From assembly GCA_038087875.1 (NCBI GenBank), contig JAXLNO010000048.1, forward strand, positions 1-59,265: 59,265 nucleotides of DNA. Direction: 5' to 3'. This DNA comes from Malacoraja senta. Lineage: Eukaryota. The stretch's first letter is position 1. Every line of letters begins with the position of its first letter. The position numbers and the translations under genes are program-made. Below, piece by piece: positions 51,301 through 59,265 of this stretch. The notes under the pieces are model-generated. The model worked only from the letters and a program-made list of their open reading frames with translations, did no database searches and was not told the DNA's origin.

Positions 51301-52123
51301 GGCCAAGATGGCGTCGCGGGACTCGGGCAGGCGGCGCGGGCCAGAGTTGGGGTCCGGAGCCTGCGGGTGGTCGAGTGTCGGCAGCGGGAGCGGCCTGGAG
51401 GCGGGCTAATTTCAGGTCTTTGGTGGAGTTAAGGTGGGCCAGGAATCGTTGATTGAAGAGGTGGATCTTCCGGCGGATGAAATAGAGTTGGGGTCCGTTG
51501 CAGGTCTGGTTGAGTGAGGCCCGAAGTTTCGGGAGAGTCAATGCGAGGTCCTGCTGGTGCCGGCGCATCGCAGCCAGGGTAGATCTCAGTAGATCTTGGA
51601 GAATTGTTGAGTATGCCGGTAGATAGGCAGTCGGTACCGATAGTCCGGCTTGGGTCCGAACTGGGAGGTAGGGAACTGGAGCTGGAAGCCATGAGGTATG
51701 AGGGAGGCGCAGGCAAGTCCCGAGGAAGCAAATATGGCTGTGGTATCGAGTCTGGGTAAGGATGTGGTCGTAGAGTTGGAGGGAAGGGGGAATCACAGAG
51801 GGAGAGCAGTTAGAGAGGAGGTTGTGAAACTGTCTCCATAGGAGGAGGAGAACTTCTTCAAAGTAGGCATACCTTGAGGAGATTTCGCAGTGGAGTAGAC
51901 AAAGTGTTTAAGAAGGAACGGCAGATGGTGGAAAATCGAAGGTACACAAAAATGCTGGAGAAACTCAGCGGGTGCAGCAGCATCTATGGAGCGAAGGAGA
52001 TAGGCAACGTTTCGGGCCAAAACCCTTCAGACTGATAAGGGGTGGGGGGAGGCGGGGAGAAGAAAGGAAGGAAAAAGGAGGAGGAGGAGCCCGAGGGCTG
52101 AGGTGGGAAGGGGAGGAGACAGC
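48373..52123 (-). mobile_element. Near full-length Penelope-like element (RT + GIY-YIG, Neptune-like Cys linker) with direct terminal repeats
   Basis: FTMDVQSLYTSIP, GVAMGTRMGPSYA, YLRYIDD, FPCNRKRCYTC and NLIYCIRCSRC; direct repeats at 48373-48556 and 51937-52123; frameshifted. Confidence 0.93.
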
Positions 52124-52922
52124 TAATTTGGTTACTAGTGTTCTTTTAGGATATAAAATCTGCAATCCTTAACTAAGGATGTTTCAAAAATACTTATTAA
52201 GGTGTTAAACCCCTGTCCCACGGTGCGAGTCCACCCACGAGTTATCCCGAGTTAAAAACAAATCAAACTCGTAATCACGTAGAATGAACGTAGCAGGAAC
52301 GTCGGAGTTCGTGGACGCAACTTAGTGACTCGTAACGCTAACGGCAGGTACTCGGGAAACGTGTTAACTCGTGAAAAATTTTCAACATGTTGAAAGATTT
52401 CCACGAGTCAAATATACTCTTGAAGGAAAATGTTGATACTTTTAAACTCGTTGTAATACCGTAGTAGCCCGTGAGTTTACCGTAATGACTCGTGAGTCTA
52501 CCGTATTAACTCGTGGGTTTGGCCTGAGTGCCAGAAGTGACATGTTGAAGATTAGTCAGATCTTAATGGAAAATTTTACAGTGATCTTACGGTGAGTAAT
52601 GCCTTGCAATGATTGATGCCAGACCTTGAACAAATGCAGTTCAAATGGACATCCGTTGCCTTAGCACAGCATGGCTTTTAGTATTATTAACTCCAAGGGA
52701 AGGGCACGGATCAGTTGGTGATGCAGCTCAATCAAACCAAACATTCAATGCAGGACAATGTTGAGTTGATGCAGCTTCATTGAGTTGTCCTGGTTTTCTT
52801 TGGAAAGCGAGTTAAGCCTTTCTCAGATACAATCTTAATGTGGTTCATCTCGTTAAAGAGGCAAATGCAACAAGTTTGAGCAATTTTGGAAGGATTGTTT
52901 CTTGAAACAAACTGCTCTAAAA

Positions 52923-53216
52923 GTTTGAAGGAAGGAATTGCAGATACTAATTTAAACCAAAGATAGACACAAAATGATGGACTAACTCAGCTGGTCAGGC
53001 AGCATCTCTGGAGAAAAGAAATAGGTGATGTTTCAGGTCGAGATCGTTCTTCAGGCTGGGTCTTAGCCTGAAGAAGGGTCCCGTCCCGAAAAGTCGCCTA
53101 CTCCCTTTCTCAAGAGATGTTGCCTGGCCCGTGGAGTTACTCGAGCATTTTGTGTCTATCTTTGGTTTAAACTAGCATCTGCAATACCTTTCTTCCAAAC
53201 TTCCTTCCTTCAAACG
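52923..53216. mobile_element. Penelope-derived fold-back element with two divergent hammerhead-like cores
   Basis: Long imperfect palindrome centred at ~53060; + strand core CTGAAGAAGGGTCCCGTCCCGAAAAGTC at 53068-53095. Confidence 0.8.
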
Positions 53217-53511
53217 TCACCGATTCCTTTTCTCCAGAAATGTTGCGTGACCCGTTGAGTTAACTCGGCAGCTGGACAGAGAAAAAAAAGGTGAGTAAAA
53301 AAAGTCTGCCTGTCAGGAATGATCACCTGATGCTGGAGACACCTGTGGGAATCTCACCTTGGCCTTTGGAATAGAGCGAGCAACAACCAATATTTCCAGA
53401 TTTCCAAGGGCAGGTCACTTCCCTTGTTCATGTGCCTTTCACATTACTGCTTCAGAGGTTTGATGCGTTATGTGGGGGAAGGGGGAGTGAATGCATTCCT
53501 ATTTGAATAAA

Positions 53512-53690
53512 TGTAGGAAGGAACTGCAGATGGTGGTTTACACCGAAGACAGGCACAAAAAGCTGGAGTAGCTCAGCGGGTCATGCAGCATCGCTGAAAA
53601 AAAGAGTCTCGACCCGAAGCGTCGCCTATTCCTTTTCTCCGGAGATGCCGTCAGACCCGCTGAGTTACTCCAGCGTTTTGTGTCCATCTC
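53512..53690. mobile_element. Penelope-derived fold-back mini element
   Basis: Inverted arms CACAAAAAGCTGGAGTAGCTCAGCGGGTC / GACCCGCTGAGTTACTCCAGCGTTTTGTG. Confidence 0.75.
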
Positions 53691-54289
53691 TTGCTTGAAT
53701 AAGATTATTTGAAAATGAAATGATCTGCACCAACTCTTAAAAATAAATCGCCTTTATGTGATAAATAAACCAAGTGCAAATCTTTGCCAACATGAAGGGG
53801 AATATCCTTTGGGGTCGTTCGCTACCATCCGCTGTCACGGATAAAACAGTGCAGGATATGATAACGTGGCCAATGATACAGGTGTGAGGCGAGATCCCCG
53901 AAATACAGTCTGCCGAGCGATGAATAAACAGGGGTGAGAAATGTACTAACCGTCAGCCTATATATTGAAAAATCCCAAAACTCGGGTTCAGTGAGTTTTA
54001 AAAAGTACATTAGACAAGAAACCTTTACAAATGGCGAAGCTTCTCGTATGGCAGCACACACACCTGGTGAAAATGTCCCAAAGGGCGGAAACAGGCCCTT
54101 CGGCCCACTGAGCCAGCCGTCAAACACTCATTTACCTCAAACTCATTTCTGCCTGCATTCACATCAATTTCCCACCTGAGCCCCATTCGACCACTCACCG
54201 ACGCATCGGGGGAAGGTGTTTTTGCCATTCATTTCTCATCGAGGCATGGGTTCATACAACATAGCAGGTGTTGCGGGGAGCATTCATAC

Positions 54290-54400
54290 AACAAAGCAGC
54301 GTTCGGGGAGTGAAAGGGAGCACTTGGGGTAAACTCCATAAAATAGTACCGGAGGTTAGAATCGAACCCGGGTCCCTGGAGCAGTGACACACGCTGCTCA
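54290..54400 (-). mobile_element. Degenerate tRNA-derived SINE head
   Basis: Minus strand CCAGGGACCCGGGTTCGATTCT (B-box-like); a similar head lies on + at ~16360-16400. Confidence 0.55.
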
Positions 54401-57396
54401 AGTGAACGTATAATGAAATGAATGAGGACACAATCAGATTAATTGAACTCATCAAAGGGCGTAGATTTCACGTGAGCAGCGAGCGGAATAGAGGGCATCT
54501 GATGAGTTTTTTCTCAACCCAGTAAGTACTGTAGTCGTAATCTGAGAACGCGACGGAGGCAGGTTTACAAAGTATATGGGCCAGAACTCGAATAACGGTC
54601 AGGAAGGCTATGGTTGGAATGGACATGGTGGGCGGGGGAGCCTGTTTTGTATGAACCCATGACTCGGATGAGAAATGAGTGGCAAAAACACCTGAAGGAT
54701 TGTGAGATAATGATCATGGATGACTTTTAATGGAAAGTCTACACATACAGATAGACAGCCAAGAAGAACTTCATATCAACACTAATGGACTGTCAGATGG
54801 AGGAGATAGGAGTTGGGGAAAGAGAGGAAAAGCCCAAGAGAAATACAGGGAAAGGGATATTGGAAAAGACAGATGCTGGAATCCTGAAACGCGTCAAAAC
54901 ATTTAAACGGTATAAACACAGAGCAAATAGGTGCATGAGTAGGCCATTCGGCCCTTCGAGCCAGCATTGCCATTCAATATGATCATGGCTGATCATCCAA
55001 AATCAGTACCCCGTTTCTGCTTTCTTCCCATATCCCTAAGAAATTTAAACATGGGAGGCTTTTTATAGTGAAAAAAAAAACTGCATGACATCATTTTTAT
55101 CATGTGATGATTTTTCCACACGTCGGTAGTCGTTGTTGGCTCAAGAGTAACTCGGGAGAGGAACTTGGTAACTCGGGAGAGGAACTTGGTACATCGCAGA
55201 AATGAGAAGTAAACGGCAAACTTAGACATACACGTGGGAACTCGTTGAAACTCATGAACATAAACCACGAGTTTGATTTGTTCTTTAACTCGGGATAATC
55301 ACTCGTGGGTGGACTCGCACCGTGGGACAGGGCTATTACTCTGAAAGCATTGATACTTACGGCGTAATTATTTTCTCATTGTGGCCGAATGCGTATGGGC
55401 AGCGAGCGGCAGTGCATGGTTACGCACGGTGATGTAATCATGCGTCACCACGCACTACACTTACGAGGTCAGGACGTCAGCGTGCGACCGCAGTACGTCC
55501 ACATGCGTAAGCGATACGCCTGGCCGGCGAAGATTTCGTGCAGCACAAAATCCTGGAGCGCCGCGCGACACCTCGCGCAACTCCATACTCCTCCACGCCT
55601 CTCCATGCGCCCGTCCTGCGCTACCCACATGCTACCCGTGCGTCACAACGCGACGACCAAATTTTTGGAGGTCACGTAAATGGCGTGCAAATGACGGTCA
55701 AGTGGGACAGGCCCTTAACTTGTAGAACTGACGGCACTTTAGGAATGAGTTTTCGGAACTTCATGATGATGATAACTTTTGCCGCTGGGCTTTTCTTCAA
55801 AATGTCTTTGGAAATATATTTTTTAGTTTCTAATTAATAATGCCATGAGCTTTCGAAATTTGCCCTCAATTCTAAAAATGCAATTGGATTACACATGACT
55901 TTGTTCTGTTAGGAATGAAAGGCAACAATTTAAGATTTCTGTTGAAGATTCCGCAACTAGAAGCCAGTGAAGTGTTTAGCGAACACTGGCATGATGAATG
56001 AATGAGCTTTGTTATAAATTTTGATGTGATTAAGTATTTGCAAGGTACGTCTAACTAGTAATGAATTGTAATAATTTAGTCTGTTGTATTGAATAATGGA
56101 TATGGGTATAGCAGCAGCTGAGGTGGGATGGGATGATGTTAGTTAGATAGAAGCAGGCAAAGTGCATAAATGAATTTGAATCATCAGAACTGGACTGAAG
56201 ACGTGTGGATATATTGTAATTGTGTCTTTACAATACTGGAGAGTTTTTGACGAACAAGATTAGTATTCACTTTTTTACACCAATACACTGTTCTTATGAT
56301 CAGCCATGATCACATTGAATGGCGGTGCTGGCTCAAAGGGCCAAATGGCCTACTCCTGCACTATTGTCTATTAACAAAAATCATGTGAAAGCTTATAAAT
56401 AGCAGCTATAACTTAGATAACTTCAAGACCGAAAGTCAAAAACTTTTTTCATAATAGACAAATTTTCGTCGTTTTCCCGCCATTTTGGACACCAAAAGTG
56501 TGACATTAAAAACTCTGCCACATTTAGTCATGAATATTTAATTCATAAATAAACTTCATATGGCCCCTCATACATAGATATTTTGGTAATGGTCTAAGGA
56601 AATATCTTAATCTATACTAGGAGACAAATACAGTAACATAAAGGTAATACAGTACAGTAAAGATCCCGTAACGGTCATTGTGCTTGGTGTCCATTGCCAC
56701 AACGTCCATTATTGGGGGTCGGTACCTCCGTAAGTTAAACCATGGAGGCTCCAAACCTCTAATGCTTTTCAAACACCCAATGAGGTATCCAATGGTAGTA
56801 GCGATCTTTGGGTGAGTTAATTATTTTTTCTTATTTTGCAATTTAATATATCAAAAACATCGTGGTGTCAAAAACAGCGTCCGTTTACGATATATTTCCC
56901 GACTTTTAAAAAAAGTAATAAATAATAAATTGACATAAATTGGTCACCAATACTAAGCAACTGAGCCAATCTTCAATTTTGGCAACACACTGTCTCTTGT
57001 TTACCTTTTGTACGGACCAAGTCGCTAACTTAATTCCTTCGTGTCACCTTCGGGAAGCTCCGCAACAACCGTTACGGAGACATTTTACTTACAAAAAAAT
57101 CGGCCCAAACGATCTGACGAATCATCGGCCATCGATGTCACTCAGATCCGTAAGGTAATGTACCGTTTAGATCGCATCGGTGAAAATGCTTCGTTTTCGC
57201 TGGGATACCAAAACGAACGGGTTTTTTAGTGTCCACCGCAACATACGTTTGTGTGTATGATGTGTAACGTGCGTTGCGGTGTCCACTCAGATGGATGCAG
57301 TATTCTACTACATGATCAGATAAATGAAGTGGAAATGGTGTTTGCAATTTTATAGTTGCATGTGGTATTCATAAACATAGAAAGGAATAAGAAATA

Positions 57397-57729
57397 CTAG
57401 ACTAAGTGGGACCCGTTGGGTCCCAGTCACACGGGAGGCCTGGTCCCCCCCCAATGCAACCCATTTCCCAACGCAATATTGCACCACTCACCTGTTTCCC
57501 CAACGCAACCCGTTCCCTGGTTTGGGAGAGGGGGGGTTGTGGGGGAGGGGAACCTTCATAACTTTTGTACTATTTCACCAATCGGAACAAAACTTATTTG
57601 ACTTGCAGCAGAGGAGAATGGTGAGTAAGGTGGTGAAAAACGTAACACTATGGGGGATCGTTTTTGCGCAAATTTAATTACAACGCAGACAGGAAGTGGT
57701 CAAGATGAGAGTTTTAGTAATAGTATAGA
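57397..57729 (-). mobile_element. Minimal non-autonomous Helitron
   Basis: Perfect hairpin GGGACCC-GTT-GGGTCCC (57408-57424), terminal CTAG, 5' TCTATAC end and A|T site. Confidence 0.88.
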
Positions 57730-58460
57730 TAGATGTGTGCTTACTGTGCCAACCAGGTCACTGGTGGACACCATGCAACAACCGTTACACAAAATGTATT
57801 TGTGTATTCTGATGCCATCAATCTGCTATCTTTTCTTATATTTGTTGTTGATACTATGTTAGTCATGAACCCAATAAAGTGCTTGTCAACTTTTTTGAAG
57901 GAATTTGAAATTTGACCCCGTTTGTCACATTTTTGTGTGCAGTATTGTAAAAAGACACAATTGATAACGAGCACCTATTTGTAAAATGGAATGTCATATA
58001 TTTAATTATTATGCATATCAAGAAATATTTCCAAAATATAGTGGAAAGTCCCATCTGTATGTTTCAAAGGTCATTTCCTGTATTAGTCACTGAAAATTTC
58101 TTCAATTTTTATTAATTAACGCAACTGAAAATGTAGGTGTCACCAACTTGTATTGCACCTGAAATGGAGGGGACCTGACAAGCAGGTTTGCTAGTACCAC
58201 ACAGGTAGATTTAAACTAGATTGACAGGGGAGCAGGAAGCAAATGCAGGATTGAGGCAGGTGTGAGGTTGGACGTCGGTATGGAAGGTGATGAAAGAATA
58301 GGCAGAAGCACGGCAGGGATCGTGGAAGGACAGTTGGATTGAATTGCATTTATTTTAACGCGAGGGGCCTGACGGGTAGACAGATGAACTCAGGACATGG
58401 ATAAGTATGTAGTTGTAGCCGTTACAGAAACCTTGGTAAGAGAAGGACAGAAACTGGCAG

Positions 58461-59265
58461 CTTCTTCTTCTGTCGTGTGTCTTTTAGACCTGCAGCTCCG
58501 TTGAGGCGAGCCAGGCCAACGTGTCATCGTCCAGGTCAATCAGACCTCGTTCACCATTCGGTGGCCGGTGTTTGAGGCAACTGGTGACTATGTGCTCCAC
58601 TGTCTGTGTTGGGTTCCCACACTCGCAGGAGGCGCTGTCCACGAGGCCCCACTCTTCATCGCTATTCCATAGCGTCCGATGCCTGTCCTCAAGCGGTTGA
58701 GGGGTTGTCCACTGCTTTCGGGGCAGGTCCTGGCCAGGGACGTCCATGGGGTCATCGATGTAATGGTGTAGCCTAGATAGTTCCGCTGACTTCCACTGGT
58801 CTCTCCATCTCGTCTTGACCCAGGCAGCCTTAGAAGCGTCAGCCGGTGTTGTGCAGAGCAGCTCTTGAGCTTGCGTGGCAAAGGGGTGCCGTGACTTGAG
58901 GCGCACTCGTCGTGGTGTCTCTGTGACGATCTGATGGAGGAGGTGGGATTCACTGGTCTGTGCCTTTCGAGAGAGGGCCAGCGTGGCTGCTTCTCGTCTG
59001 ATGTTGGCTGGGGCGATGCCAGCGAGGACGGGCAGTTGGTTTACTGGGGTGGCTCGTAGGCATTCAGAGACAGTCCGCAGGGCGCTGTTGAGGGCAGCAT
59101 CCAGCTTCTTGGCGTGAGGGCTAAGGCACCAGACCTGGGCGCAGTACTCGGCGGCTGAGAACACCAGGGCCACTGTGGACATGTGCAGTGTCTTCGTCGT
59201 GGCTCCCCATGTGGTGCCGGCTAGGCGGCGAATCAGTGCGGCACGGGCGCTTGTCTTTGCCTTGG
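58461..59265 (-). mobile_element. RTE-X-like LINE 3' part (runs off the window)
   Basis: ALVFSAAEYCAQVW, LPVLAGIAP and CECG...QTVEHIVTSC; (GAA)n tail. Confidence 0.8.

Larger units (their letters stand above)
52209..55334. mobile_element. Second Harbinger-type TIR pair enclosing ~3.1 kb
   Basis: About 60 bp of inverted identity (CCCTGTCCCACGGTGCGAGTCCACCCACGAG...); subterminal ACTCG repeats. Flanks TAA and ATT do not match. Confidence 0.6.
48032..55715. mobile_element. Harbinger-type MITE (~0.8 kb of own sequence) expanded by two nested insertions
   Basis: TIRs AGGGCCTGTCCCACTTG(G/A)CCGTCATTT with TAA on both sides (48029-48031 and 55716-55718). Confidence 0.7.

Noticed and set aside
53820..54480. 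Weak MADF/Myb-like peptide hints (EDTIRLIELIKGRR; PEFWDF) inside the inner Harbinger pair
   Set aside because: Short, on opposite strands, and without supporting downstream motifs.
46151..59265. RFC5 exon 2 (VEKYRP...)
   Set aside because: Not found by eye in the unique intervals; presumed to lie beyond the window.

Overview
Eukaryotic, repeat-dense genomic DNA. The repeat landscape (CR1, Rex/Babar, L1, Tx1, RTE, Penelope-like elements, Helitrons, Harbinger/hAT/Tc1 relics, a fish-type ERV) suggests a cartilaginous fish; this is inference. The only host coding sequence I can support is a 41-nt first coding exon of RFC5 (46110-46150) in a CpG island with E2F, BANP-type and CDE/CHR-like motifs. 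Everything downstream appears to be intron 1, and everything upstream appears intergenic. No transposon ORF is intact and there is no CRISPR array. The most notable structures are: (1) a full-length Keno-like Tx1 LINE that carries a 25-nt piece of U2 snRNA at its 5' end but sits off-target inside a Penelope element, ~65 bp from an env-bearing ERV; (2) hammerhead-ribozyme-like cores in Penelope terminal repeats and in small fold-back derivatives of them; (3) a tRNA-Leu 3' fragment inserted between 35-bp duplications, at the same site that ends a templated ~490-bp local copy; (4) three non-autonomous Helitrons, two carrying minisatellite arrays; (5) an inverted hAT-like pair with a swapped 8-bp target site, implying a small inversion; (6) nested Harbinger TIR pairs. 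TE boundaries lacking a TSD or terminal motif are approximate.
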